Of a stretch of DNA of 64,000 nt, positions 26,054 through 38,901 are shown piece by piece (the first letter of the stretch is position 1; each line of letters begins with the position of its first letter). The position numbers and the translations under genes are program-made. The stretch is from positions 56,730,001 to 56,794,000 of the forward strand of contig OZ024742.1 of assembly GCA_964016885.1 (NCBI GenBank), in the 5' to 3' direction. Below the pieces are notes generated by a model. That model saw only the letters and a list, made by a program, of their open reading frames with translations. It was not told where the DNA came from and did no database searches. This DNA comes from Eledone cirrhosa. Lineage: Eukaryota.

Positions 26054-26111
26054 GATTATGATTAAATGAAATAAATTCTAACCTGATGACTTGTACTTCA
26101 TTATTATAACA

Positions 26112-26300
26112 GGCGGTGGATTGGCAGTATAGGTAGAGGGTCGGACGCCATGCTTTAACACATAGAGTTACGACCCTTGCCATTCTGAGTTCAAATCCTG
26201 CCGGGGTTAACCTTGCCTTTCATCCTTACGGGGTCGATAAAGTGATGCGTTATGTCCTTGAGCAAGACACTTTATTTTACGTTGCTCCTTCTACCTGGAG
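26112..26300 (+). mobile_element. tRNA-derived SINE (Nin/Deu-like domain fused to a CORE-like segment)
   Basis: GGCGGTGGATTGGCAG head, GAGTTCAAATCC B box, CCTTTCATCCTTACGGGGTCGATAAA, then GTCCTTGAGCAAGACACTTTATTT. Confidence 0.8.
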
Positions 26301-26391
26301 TTGCGACCGATAGATAGTATTAGCAATTGGAAAGACCAATGGAAACACTGTTTCCTCGGTCCGATTTGACGAAAGTCGATCGTTAGGAAAA

Positions 26392-26445
<54 letters not shown>

Positions 26446-26490
26446 TACACACACACACACATATACATATATATATATATATACACACAT

Positions 26491-26560
<70 letters not shown>

Positions 26561-26564
<4 letters not shown>

Positions 26565-27475
26565 GAAAATAGAGAAATTAATTGTTTCTATTTTAGGCAC
26601 AAGGCCAGCAATTACCCAGTACATTACTGGTACTTTATTTTATCGACCCCGCAAGGATGAAATGCAAAGTTAACCTCGGCGGGAAAATAGAGAAATTAAT
26701 GTAAGCAAGATGCCAACAATAATTCAGGCATATAAGTGACTATAACATCAAGATGGAAAATGTTTTAATGTAAGATGAGGGAAAAAGTAATACAATCTTA
26801 ATTTAAAACAAATCAAGAAGAAAATCTTTATCCTCAGACTTTATGTAAGTTGGGGAAAAAGCAATACAATCTTAACTTAAAATAAAATCAAGAAGAAATA
26901 CTTAACCGTCAATTTGGGGAAAACTACAAATGCACTATATAGTCTTAAAAGACTATTTCACGAAATTTGTCAGTGGGGTTGCTCAACACATTAACTAGAA
27001 TACCACTGCTAACATGCCGGAGGGGAATTAAAAGCAGGCAAGCGACAGCGTGTAGAATTGAAATAACAAAACACACGTGGACGCACGCTAGTGATGGCGG
27101 GATGAGACGAAAATCTGTTTACAAGAAACAACAGTCAAAACAGTCCGAAAAAACTCAACAAAAATATGGAGTTCAGCATAAGCAATATTATCGTAGTTTT
27201 TTATTTTTTAAACTGGGATTAGTCACAAATATTAATAAGCACTCTAGGAAAACTCCGAGTATTAATATATAAATGAAAATAGAGAAATTAATGTAAGCAA
27301 AAAGCCAACAATAATTCAGGTATATAAGTGACTATACCATCAAGATGGAAAAATGTTTAATGGAAGATGAGGGAAAAGTAATACAATCTTAATTTAAAAC
27401 AAATCAAAAAGAAAAACTTTATCCTCAGACTTTGTGTAAGTTGGGGAAAAAAGCAGTACAATCTTAGCTCAAAAT
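26561..27475. repeat. Partial-tandem element (family K), with a truncated SINE (26583-26682, minus) in the first copy
   Basis: 26561-26885 is repeated at 27271-27475. The SINE has an 18-bp TSD GAAAATAGAGAAATTAAT, and the second copy shows the empty site. Confidence 0.85.
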
Positions 27476-27858
27476 AATTAGCCGCTTTGTAAGAAGATTG
27501 AACATATCCTGGCACGATAATGTGTTCGATGCAGGCCGCTCTATCCTACGTTGGACTTCCCATGGTGATTATGAATAAGATCAAAAATGATGATGCAATA
27601 AATGTTCTACAATATCGTAATATTATTTCTCCAACAAAGAAATGCTGAAAAATACGTAAATATACTATATCTTTAAATTACATTGGCATAGTCGTATCTG
27701 AAAATATCTTATTAAATAATATGAAATTTTGCTTTTAACTATTTTTTATATTACATTTCTATTAAAAAAAAATTGTATTTCAAATTTTCGGAAATTGAAA
27801 CAACTATTACATTCAAATGCAAATAAAATTTTATTTAACGTTTCATATATATATATAT

Positions 27859-28060
27859 ATTAAACACACTTTTGTTATAGAATAAAAATATTTAAGTAAC
27901 CTTATTTAATTACAAACAAGATGTAACAAATTATAATATATATATATTTAACACACTTGTGTTATAGAATAAAAACATTTAAGCAACCTTATTTAATTGC
28001 AAACAAGATGTAACCAATTATAATATATATACGATATATATATATGTATATATATATATA

Positions 28061-28147
<87 letters not shown>

Positions 28148-28222
28148 CACACTTGTGTTATAGAATAAAAACTTTTAAGCAACCTTATTTAATTACAAAC
28201 AAGATGTAACCAATTATAATAA
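27859..28222. repeat. Three ~80-bp direct repeats separated by (TA)n
   Basis: TTAAACACACTT.TGTTATAGAATAAAA...CAAACAAGATGTAAC.AATTATAATA occurs three times. Confidence 0.85.
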
Positions 28223-28534
28223 TAATAAAAAACATTAATAACATTATCTACGAGTGGATATTTTAGGCTTGTTAAATAAAAAATTTCTAAATGACATGAA
28301 AAATTTAAAAAATATATCAGAGGTGAATACATTTGAAAATGATCGCAGTTCAGAGTGAATTACGGTTAATCTAATATCCATTGAAAATATTTGAGGGATG
28401 ATTCTAAATTCCGCAATTAAAGGTGAATTTTTCAGAAAATATATTAATATTAGAATACTTTAGAATTTACTTTGCATTTCATTCTAAATAATAACATATG
28501 TGGAGGGAACGTTACATAGTTGCATCTGTATTCC

Positions 28535-28571
<37 letters not shown>

Positions 28572-28574
<3 letters not shown>

Positions 28575-28692
28575 CTGAGTTCAAATCCCGCCGAGGTTAA
28601 CTTTGCCTTTCATCCTTACGGGGTCGATAAAATAAAGTACCAGTAATACACTGGGGTAATAGCTGGCCTTGTTCCAAAATTAGAAACAATTA
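28572..28692 (+). mobile_element. 5'-truncated SINE
   Basis: Matches the SINE at 50993-51180 from the B box to the tail. Confidence 0.85.
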
Positions 28693-28836
28693 TATATATA
28701 TATAAATGTAATCTGAGTTTTTCGAATATTAATAATAACATTCGATTCATTTGCAATTTTGCAAACAAGCCTCAATTTTATAGCCATGTCAGTAGAATGA
28801 ACACTTCATTCTTGCTCTTGTGTTGGCATGAGAACA

Positions 28837-28886
28837 GAACGGCAGACACTAATGTTTCTGTGTATTGCCCTTCATCAGTACAGCTC
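28837..28886 (-). ncRNA. Hammerhead, family J (left arm of fold-back 28774-29210)
   Basis: GAGCTGTA-CTGATGA-AGGGCAATACACA-GAAA-CATTAGTG-TC-TGCCGTTC. Helix II is damaged. Confidence 0.65.
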
Positions 28887-29097
28887 AATGTAATTTAAAA
28901 TATAGTTTTTTAATTGAATTTGGCAAAGCCGGCCATTTATCGCTTATATGCAAATCTCGCTGATCAGTGGATCTGCTAATATGCAGATCTGACTGATCAG
29001 CCAGTCTGCTAATATGCAAATCAGGCCGATCATTAACTGTGTATTTTTGAAAATAGAATATATTTTCACTAGCTCTGACAGTTGGCAGGGGAACAGT

Positions 29098-29147
29098 GAG
29101 CTGTACTGATGAAGGGTGATTCCCAGAAACATTAGTGTCTGCTATTC
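29098..29147 (+). ncRNA. Type I hammerhead, family J
   Basis: GAGCTGTA-CTGATGA-A GGG TGATT CCC A-GAAA-CATTAGTG-TC-TGCTATTC, with a GUC cleavage triplet. Confidence 0.75.
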
Positions 29148-29941
29148 TGTTCGAATGCCAACACAAGAGCAAGAATGAAGTATTCATTCTACTGACATGG
29201 CTATAAAATTGTATAGAATTCACTATAGACTATATTTTAACCTGTAATCCATGTTTCATTTCTGTTGCACCTCATTCCCCCCCCCTCTCTCTCTCTTTCT
29301 CTCTCTCTCTGATATTTGAATCTACTATGATTTGGGCTTAGCTTATTCCTATTTGATATATATATATTTGATTTTAAATTTGATTTTGAAAGTAGGTTTA
29401 TAATTATCAATTGTCATCATACTTTTGCAGTTTTCTGAGTGGCCTAGTTGGAGGAATCATAGACGATGGTGATCCTCGTCTGAAGTTCGGTCCTGGTCAG
29501 GAGTATGGTTACTGGTAAACCATTTCATTATTTTCTACGGGTTGTAAAATAAAAACTGTAAAAGGTTACATGTACCTCTTGACCAGGATTGAACCCAAGG
29601 CCAGCATCTCCACCGTCTCTAGTACCTACAGAGACAACAACGAAAATCTTATGAAAATTCATGCTTATAAACTTACTTTCAAAATGTTGGTGTCGTTCAT
29701 GTCTTTCTTAATGTTATTGCTCCTACTTAAGGTCGACTTTTAAATCATTTGGGTGTTCCATAAACTACATCATCGTTCTGTTTCACATCTATCTAGATTA
29801 TATTTTAACCTGTAAACCAACTTTCATTTCTGTTGCACCTCATTCTCCCCCTCTCTCTCTGATATTTGAATCTACTATGATTTGGGGTTAGCTTATTCCT
29901 ATATATATGTTTTTGCATGTCAGTTAGATTACAGCTTACAA

Positions 29942-30011
<70 letters not shown>

Positions 30012-30120
30012 CAATAATAATAAATTTGAAGACTAAAATCCAAAGAGGGCTCGATAAGGATAAATATATATCAAATATATAAGAACCGTAGAGCAAATAT
30101 TTATTAAAATAACAGATTAA

Positions 30121-30171
30121 AGTTTAAGCAAAGAATCGCTGCTTTCACCCTTAACGGGATCTTCTGAAACT
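30121..30171 (-). ncRNA. Hammerhead, family G (core CAGAAGA), inside fold-back 30013-30340
   Basis: AGTTT-CAGAAGA-T CCC GTTAA GGG T-GAAA-GCAG..TTGC-TT-AAACT. Confidence 0.55.
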
Positions 30172-30350
30172 AACAAAGTCAATTTGTAAACGGAGGAAGA
30201 CAGGAAGACGATATTTTGGTTCGTGGAAAAGTTCCCTGGCAAAGAACGGGAAAAAACGAATATAATACGTCATTATATTTGATATATATTTATCCTTATC
30301 GAGCCCTCTTTGGATTTTAGTCTTCAAATTTATTATTATTACTATGTATA

Positions 30351-30433
<83 letters not shown>

Positions 30434-30441
<8 letters not shown>

Positions 30442-31327
30442 GACGTAAAATAAGAAAATTATAAAAATTAACTTACTTACTAAAATTTCACTCCAACTAA
30501 TTACTTTCTGAAAGGGAATAAACACGGTTTCCGAATGGAACATGGAGAATACCTTTCGTCATCAGGAAGTCAATTGTCAGCTAAGTTCCCAGGCGATGCG
30601 TGGACACAGGGAACTTATACAAAAATAATTCAGTGGATGGAAAAAAGCAAGCGAGGACTAGATTCCAGGGCATTGAAAAAATCACTGCCTACTTGGTCGG
30701 TGGCAAATTCAAAAGAATCAATCACGTGACATCGACAAAACCTATATATTTGCTAGCATAGGTATGCATCTGTATATATATATGTTGGTAGATATACTAA
30801 TTCTTTATAATTATCTTCAAATTATTTTGTTGAGCAAAAATTTGCCAAAACTACTTCTATAGTTCATAGTAATAGTCCGGCTACTGTCTTATTAACACCC
30901 CCACTCCTCACTGATTGACCTCGATGTCACGTGATTGATTCTTTTGAATTTGCCACCGACCAAGTAGGCAGCGATTTTTTCAATGTCCTGGAATTTAGTC
31001 CTCGCTTGCTTTTTTCCATCCACTGAATTATTTTTGTATAAGTTCCCTGTGTCCACGCATCGCCTGGGAACTTAGCTGAGATTTGACTTCCTGATGAAGA
31101 AAGGTATTCTCTATGTCTTATTCGGAAACCATGTTTATTCCCTTTCAGAAACTAATTAGTTGGAGTGAAATTTTAGTAAGTTAATTTTTATAATTCTCTT
31201 ATTTTACGTCTTTCATATAATTGTTCTGCATCCCCTTGCATTGAACCACAAAGTTTCTAAGACAAAACCTATATATTTGCTAGCATAGGCATGCATCTGT
31301 ATATATATGTTGGTAGATATACTAATT

Positions 31328-31330
<3 letters not shown>
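30434..31330. mobile_element. Family F element: inverted arm plus a ~527-bp unit with a terminal direct repeat; hammerhead-like motifs at 30486-30573 (-) and 31082-31170 (+)
   Basis: 30434-30735 is inverted to 30921-31218, and 30734-30806 repeats at 31261-31330. Motif: GACTTC-CTGATGA-CGAA..TTCG-GAAA-C...GTT-GGAGT. Confidence 0.7.
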
Positions 31331-31404
<74 letters not shown>

Positions 31405-31415
31405 TATATACATAT

Positions 31416-31524
<109 letters not shown>

Positions 31525-31526
31525 TA

Positions 31527-31617
<91 letters not shown>

Positions 31618-31628
31618 ATATATATTTA

Positions 31629-31733
<105 letters not shown>

Positions 31734-31781
31734 AATTAGTATATCTACCAACATATATATACAGATGCATGCCTATGCTAG

Positions 31782-31835
<54 letters not shown>

Positions 31836-31869
31836 CACACACACGCACACACACACATACATATATTGA

Positions 31870-32258
31870 GTGAGTGTGAAAGACCTAAGGTAATTATTTT
31901 AGGTCTCTGGATTTCGCAGAATACATAATATTTTTTATTGGAGAAGGTCAGATATTTTAGTGGGGTGGTTAGATTTAAAATTAACATAATTTAGATTCTC
32001 ATTGTTTTTATGGTAAGGGTAATATAGGCCAGTGTCAAGATTAAGAGATATATACAAGAAGTTAGCTAGTTTGACGTTGTTATCAAATCCGATTTTTAGG
32101 TTATGTTGGTTAAAGAGATCACCTATATTGTTCTTAATAATATTAAGGTTAACTAAATTGCAATTTAAGATAGTAAAAAGTCCATCGTCACGATAAATTC
32201 CACCGCGAAGTTGAGGGATTTTCCGATTTAAAGAATTAAACCCTTCAATATACAAACC
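31870..32258 (-). mobile_element. Penelope-like RT fragment
   Basis: GIYRDDGL...NFL.ISLNLDTG.YYPYHK.N....YVN..SNHP. Confidence 0.88.
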
Positions 32259-32616
32259 TTAATTTAATATTATTCTTAACCCCCCTTTTTCTCTTCATCA
32301 ACTTTTAATTTCAAATTCTTTTAAATTATCTATTATCTTCCAACGGCTTTTTAACTTCTCTCTGTGAGACAATATATATTTTTCTCAGTTGTAAAGGCTA
32401 TCTCTCTCTCTCTATCACCCATCTCTCCTCCTCTCTCATCCTTCCTTATTATACTCCTCCCCCACCATTCTCTACTCTCATCTCCTCCTCTTTCTCACCC
32501 TTCCCCCACCCCTCACTTTTTCCCAATATCATACATCAATCTTAAATTATTTTTCATATGTTGATTTAAAACTTTACTATTCACAAGTGTTTTTTAACCT
32601 TCATATCAAATATCCC

Positions 32617-32687
32617 TATTTTATCTGATGAAAACGCAGATATCATCTCATGATGATATTTGTTTTTGAAATGCGCATAATAAAATA
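32617..32687 (+). ncRNA. Type I hammerhead (family B) in terminal repeat 32260-32813
   Basis: TATTTTAT-CTGATGA-AAACGCAGATATCAT CTC ATGATGATATTTGTTTTT-GAAA-TGCGCA-TA-ATAAAATA. Confidence 0.88.
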
Positions 32688-32810
32688 CTTTGAACTCTTT
32701 TAACCATCTTTTGATCTTATATATTATTTATACTCCAGTCCTACAAACTGTAGAGTGCTACTTATCCGATATTTGCATTGCTTTATTGCACTACAATAAA
32801 ACTCACCTCC

Positions 32811-32945
<135 letters not shown>

Positions 32946-33083
32946 AGTTAATATGCCCATTGGATTTCTGGTGTTTTACAAAGCGAAACCGATCGGTAAG
33001 GGCCAAAAGAATAGGTAAATATTTAAATTATATTTTTTAATTTATTTTAAAAAATTGGTTGAATTTTGCTTGTTCTGCTTATC

Positions 33084-33148
<65 letters not shown>

Positions 33149-33187
33149 TTGCAGTTTGCTTGAAACATTGTTGAATAGGAATATAAA

Positions 33188-33370
33188 TTCAAATAATTTT
33201 GAAAACCATACATTGCAATAGAAAATCAAAAGCGCCACGATAACAATAGAATCTTACCATACCAAATTTAATAATCCTGAAAATATTAAATTTTCTAAGG
33301 TAAGATTCATTTGTTATCTTGGCACTTTTCATTTTCTAGTGCATTGTATGCTTTTCGAAATTATCTAAAT
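33188..33370. repeat. Imperfect fold-back (~85-bp arms)
   Basis: 33188-33273 pairs with 33284-33370. Confidence 0.75.
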
Positions 33371-34173
33371 ATATATATATTCATTAGGTTACACTTAATC
33401 AAGGTTGGAATTATAACCATTATAGAATTAAAGAACACGGTGTAATGTTGATGTGAATATCACATCGAAGCAAAGTGAAATCTGTTTTTGGGAGTGATGA
33501 CATCGCCGTATATATCACTACCGTATTCACATCACGCCGTATTCATGACTACAATGCCAGATATATAATTTTAAATACAAAAAGCATATGCAACTGCCAT
33601 CTATTGAACCGAAAATCGCTTATAAAACAATGGATTAATTAATTACTTCACCTATTGTTATTCTTTCAAATGTGAGAAGCGAAAAACAAATACTCAATAT
33701 ACGCGGGAGACTTTATTGGGTTTATGTCCTGTTGAAGATTTGATTGTTGGAAATGTCATTTACCATTCAGATGGCATCACGACAAACACGACAATCGAAT
33801 TACTTCAACTGTTTACTCTTAACACTGAACATATTTAATAGGAAAATATATTTACACAACTTTTCCTACATACTAAATAAGTTAAATATGTGAATCGCTC
33901 AAAAAGTTTATAGGAAATTGGTTTCAACGTATTTAACGGTTGCCTATTGATTTTGTATCTTGACAAAATCAATACGTAATTGATTTTGTATATTATATAT
34001 ATGGAGAAGTGGGTAGAACAGGTGGTAGTAAAACATGCTGTGAAATGATACATGCACAGTTTGAGTTTTCATTATGTACAAATCTCAGTGTTCAAATATT
34101 ATATATATAAATTAATAAAAGCAATGAAATAAAAACAAAGAACAAGTTCCTTATATTAAAAAATTCATCAATT

Positions 34174-34223
34174 AAAAATATGGAACGCTTCACGAATTTG
34201 CGTGTCATCCTTGCGCAGGCGCC

Positions 34224-34256
<33 letters not shown>

Positions 34257-34280
34257 AATATGTACTGCCGTAGCTAGAAT
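34174..34280 (-). ncRNA. RNU6: U6 snRNA, full-length copy, probably a pseudogene
   Basis: AAAATTGGAACGATACAGAGAAGATTAGCATGGCGCCTGCGCAAGGATGACACGCAAATTCGTGAAGCGTTCCATATTTTT, with substitutions in the 5' stem and the ISL. Confidence 0.95.
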
Positions 34281-34302
34281 ATATACTAATATATACTAAT
34301 AA

Positions 34303-35063
34303 TAATTGTTTCTACTTTTGACAAAATTACAGTACATTACTGGTACTTTATTTTATCGACCCCGTAAGGATGAAAGGCAAAGTTAACCTCGACGGGATTT
34401 GAACTCAGACCGGAAAGGGCCATAACTCTATGCTGCAAATATGGCTTCTGGTTTAGGCACAAAGCCATGACATTTGGGGGAGCGAGAAGTCGATTAAATC
34501 GACTCCAGTGCTTATTGGTACTTTATTTTATCGACCTCGTAAGGATGAAAGGCAAAGCTAACCTCGGCGGGATTTGAACTCAGAACGTAAAGGTACATAA
34601 CTCTATGCTGCAAAGCATGGTGTCTGAGGCTCTACCAGTACTGCCAACCCAGCGCCCTATATATACTAATAATAATTGTTTCTACTTTAGGCACAAGGCC
34701 AGCAATTACCCAGTTCATTACTGGTACTTTTTATTTTATCAACCCCGTAAGGATGAAAGGCAAAGTCAACCTCGGCGGGATTTGAACTCAGATCGTAAAG
34801 GGACGTAACTATGCTGGAAAGCATGGCGTCCGACCCTCTACCGATAAATGATTTCTAGTATAGGCACAAGGCCAGTAATCTGAGGGAAGGGAAAGTCGGT
34901 TAAACTGACTCCAGTACATTACTGGTACTTTATTTTATCGACCCTGTAAGGATGAAAGGTAAAGTGAACCTCGGTGGGATTTGAACTCACACCATAAAGG
35001 GGCGTATTTCTATGCTGCAAAGCATGGCGTCCGACCTTCTACTGATACTGCCAATCCCCCGCC
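34303..35063 (-). mobile_element. Four tandem tRNA-derived SINEs (two dimers)
   Basis: GGTACTTTATTTTATC.ACC..GTAAGGATGAAAGG occurs four times, with TATATATACTAATAATA-like spacers. Confidence 0.9.
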
Positions 35064-35210
35064 TATATATATATACAAATAATAGTAAAAAGTATTACAC
35101 TCTGCTTAGAACTACACCTACTGGAAACAACGCATCGAGTGCTCGCTACAGTAACTACAGTAACTGGACATTACAATCCATATATATATATATATATATA
35201 TAATATAGAT

Positions 35211-35263
35211 GAGATTCTACAGGACTAGAACTGTTTCATTCTTTAGAAATCATCAGGAATCTC
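35211..35263 (-). ncRNA. Type I hammerhead, family A (perfect 56-bp fold-back 35201-35318)
   Basis: GAGATTC-CTGATGA-T TTC TAAA GAA T-GAAA-CAG TTCTAGTC CTG-TA-GAATCTC. Confidence 0.88.
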
Positions 35264-35389
35264 TGATGATTTCTAAAGAATGAAACAGTTCTAGTCCTGT
35301 AGAATCTCATCTATATTAAAACTTTTATACTCTGCTATGTATTGAGTACCTTACTTACTGTGGTTACCTCCGATTCAACCCGGAATAAC

Positions 35390-35450
<61 letters not shown>

Positions 35451-35501
35451 GAGGTTATATTTAATTTGTTGGGATTCAACAACCTTAAAAATACAAATCT
35501 G

Positions 35502-35567
35502 TATTTTATCTGATGAAAGCGCACCATAATTTGCCTTGGTTGCCCTTTAAATATATATAATAAAATA
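35502..35567 (+). ncRNA. Hammerhead, B-related, with GAAA mutated to TAAA
   Basis: TATTTTAT-CTGATGA-AAGCGCACCA..TGGTTGCCCTT-TAAA-TATATA-TA-ATAAAATA. Same family as 16956. Confidence 0.6.
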
Positions 35568-35653
35568 AATATGGTTTTATAAATATAGTTTCCATTTATT
35601 AATATATTGTATATATATATATATATATATAAACCACAGACCCTCCATCTCAA

Positions 35654-35699
35654 CTCTACTTTTGAAAAGCAGAAGAACTGCGAAACCGGTAAAGGAACC
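35654..35699 (+). ncRNA. Hammerhead-like motif with U3-A8 core (family H)
   Basis: CTT-TTGAAAA-GCAG AAGAA CTGC-GAAA-CCGG-TA-AAG. Confidence 0.6.
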
Positions 35700-35766
35700 A
35701 AATAAATATATATATTTTTTTTAAAATAGACTCCAGTTGCATTTTCGATTTCATCTTTTTTTTCTT

Positions 35767-35799
<33 letters not shown>

Positions 35800-36202
35800 G
35801 CGTCCAGATATAGCCGTCGAAACGGCTTGAGCTCTGCCGTCGGGGTCATACTTTTTCCTATTACACACTCTACTACCCTAAGTATTGAGTACCCTGGTGC
35901 GTTATGGTCCATCTGGTTCCTTACCACAATTCCTTTGTTCTATATATATATACAAATATAAATTAGCGAGAATCGCATTTCGGCTATTGGAAATTAGCGA
36001 AAAACAACTTCCGATATGTCTGGCAAGCGCTCAATAGAAACGAGTGAACTAGAGCAAAAACATATGTTAAAAGGCCAACCACACTAAGACGATTGTTAAA
36101 CCATTAACCGCAAAGCCATAGAAGCGAACAAGCTATTCGGGTCAAACATATATATATATACATATATTTATAGAAGTGGTTACACAACAGTTAGTTCACC
36201 AT

Positions 36203-36244
36203 ACCGAGAACAATTGTTTCACCTTCGCGGATCTTCAGCTCGGT
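36203..36244 (-). ncRNA. Minimal 42-nt type I hammerhead
   Basis: ACCGAG-CTGAAGA-T CC GCGAA GG T-GAAA-CAATTG-TT-CTCGGT. Confidence 0.88.
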
Positions 36245-36251
36245 GTTCCAC

Positions 36252-36360
<109 letters not shown>

Positions 36361-36753
36361 GTAGTGGCGGGCTGGCCAAGTTTCCAGGTTGCCCAATGGT
36401 AAGTGAGCCCCATGGTAGCATTGCAAGAACCCACAGTAGCATTGCAGGGCCCACTGTAGTATTTTAGGGGCAAATGCTTTGCTTTCAAAAAATACCTGAA
36501 ATCTCAGAGAAAGAATAAATTTAAAAAAAAAACAAACAAAAAACAATTAAGCAAAGGATTTGTTCAACCAAATTCCCAGGGAAATACTAGAAATCAAAAT
36601 ATACGATAGTGCAAATATCTGGAATCAGTGGTTGTACATTCTACTAAATCTAAAGCTTAGTATGTATGCAAGCATACATACTTAGACACAGACACAAGTA
36701 TATGTATATATATATATATTTATATATTTACACACGAACTACTGACCAAATAA

Positions 36754-36935
36754 TTGTTTCTACTTTTGGCACAAGGCCAGCAACTACCCCAGTGTATTAC
36801 TGGTACTTTATTTTATCGACCCCATAAGGATGAAAGGCAAAGTTAACCTCGGCGGGAGTTGAACTCAGATCATAAAGAGCCGTAACTCTGTGCTTTAAAG
36901 CATGGCGTCCGACCATCTACCGATACTGCCAATCA
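36754..36935 (-). mobile_element. tRNA-derived SINE with TSD
   Basis: TSD AACTA(C/T)TGACCAAATAAT on both sides. Confidence 0.9.
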
Positions 36936-37235
36936 ACTATTGACCAAATAATATTTGGTATCAATGGGTTAAAACTAGAAGAACATACATACATACATAT
37001 ATACATACATACATACATACATACATACAGCTCCCTAATTCATAGTCTACAAATGGCTGCGGTAGCTGGCACCTTCAAAATTTGCAAAACATTCTTGCGA
37101 TTCAAGGGATGACAATTTCTTTTCTTTTACAACCTTGCCACCAGGATGGTGGCCGGTCAAAAAAATATACTCGAAATTAAGAGAAAGAGATAACATACAT
37201 ACATACATACATACATACATACATACATACATACA

Positions 37236-37812
<577 letters not shown>

Positions 37813-37821
37813 TACATACAT

Positions 37822-38697
37822 GCTGGCTGCAAATTCGCGTTCGAGTATTGCCATCGCCTGATAAAATGCTCAAAACTGTGAGACACGAATGAGCCTCTTC
37901 AAACCAGCCAAAGACTTGCACTCTCTGGCACATACATGGCAACTGTAGAGTCCTCCGGGACTTTCTACTGCTTGGTTCTGACTGTGCGTTCTCATATGTC
38001 TTTAACGACCTCCTATGCTTGCACATTCGTTACCATATTCCCAGCACCTTTTCAGATCACGCTGTTCATAGTCTAGATGAGGTCAACTGATATGACATTG
38101 TCCATATCTTATCAGACCAGCTTTGATTCAAGCAGACTCAACCACAGTGCTGACAAATCAGATGCTGCTCAACAACAGGCAGTTCAGAACAGTCCCTTTT
38201 TCTCACCTTCCTTTTCAGTGTTTGGTACTCCCATCGATGAGTTTCAAAGTGATCACTTCCTTACTTGACCAAACGCCCCCACTTCACACGCTCCTCAGTC
38301 ATTTTCTCCCATTCGTCAGATGAAATTCCAGCGCAAGCCTATCTACCCTGACACAGTCCTGGCACTGCATTTTCGGTTTGTGTAGTGGTCGCACAGTTCA
38401 CCACGTGACCTCACCACCTCAACCAATGCCGAAAGATCATGCTCTCTATACTCATGCAACTGCTCCGCTCGAGATCTTCCAAATCGCTGACGAACATTTT
38501 CCATCGCACGCCAAGTATCTTACGAAGAGATTGTTGGTGAACCCTCTGCAGTTCCTTGAGGTGCTTTCTGTATGTGACCCACGTTTCTCAAGCATAAAGC
38601 AAAGAGAAGACACAAGTCAGATACACTTTCACTTTGGTTTCAATGATGATACCTCGTCTCGACGAAAAACGTCTCTGGCTTTCTTGATTCTTAAGGA
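37822..38697 (-). mobile_element. Degenerate RTE LINE 3' part
   Basis: TKVKVYLTCV..LLYA*ETW...LRKILGVRW...LRW*GHV. Confidence 0.8.
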
Positions 38698-38901
38698 TAC
38701 ACACATACATGCATACACACATACATTGGCAAACATTTGTGAAATTATAAAACCAGAAGAACATACAATACATACATACATACATACATACATACATACA
38801 TACATACATACATACATACATACATACATACATACATACATACATACATACATACATACATGAATACATTAATTCATACATACATGAATACATACATACA
38901 T

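Larger units (their letters stand above)
24051..26083. mobile_element. ~2-kb diverged fold-back of PLE-type family E
   Basis: 24051-24627 plus 24990-25185 pair with 25355-26083. Central hairpin at 25294-25352. Confidence 0.85.

Noticed and set aside
32955-33005. GAAA-CCGATCGG-TA hammerhead 3' half
   Set aside because: The 5' core (CTGGTGT) and helix I are too damaged.
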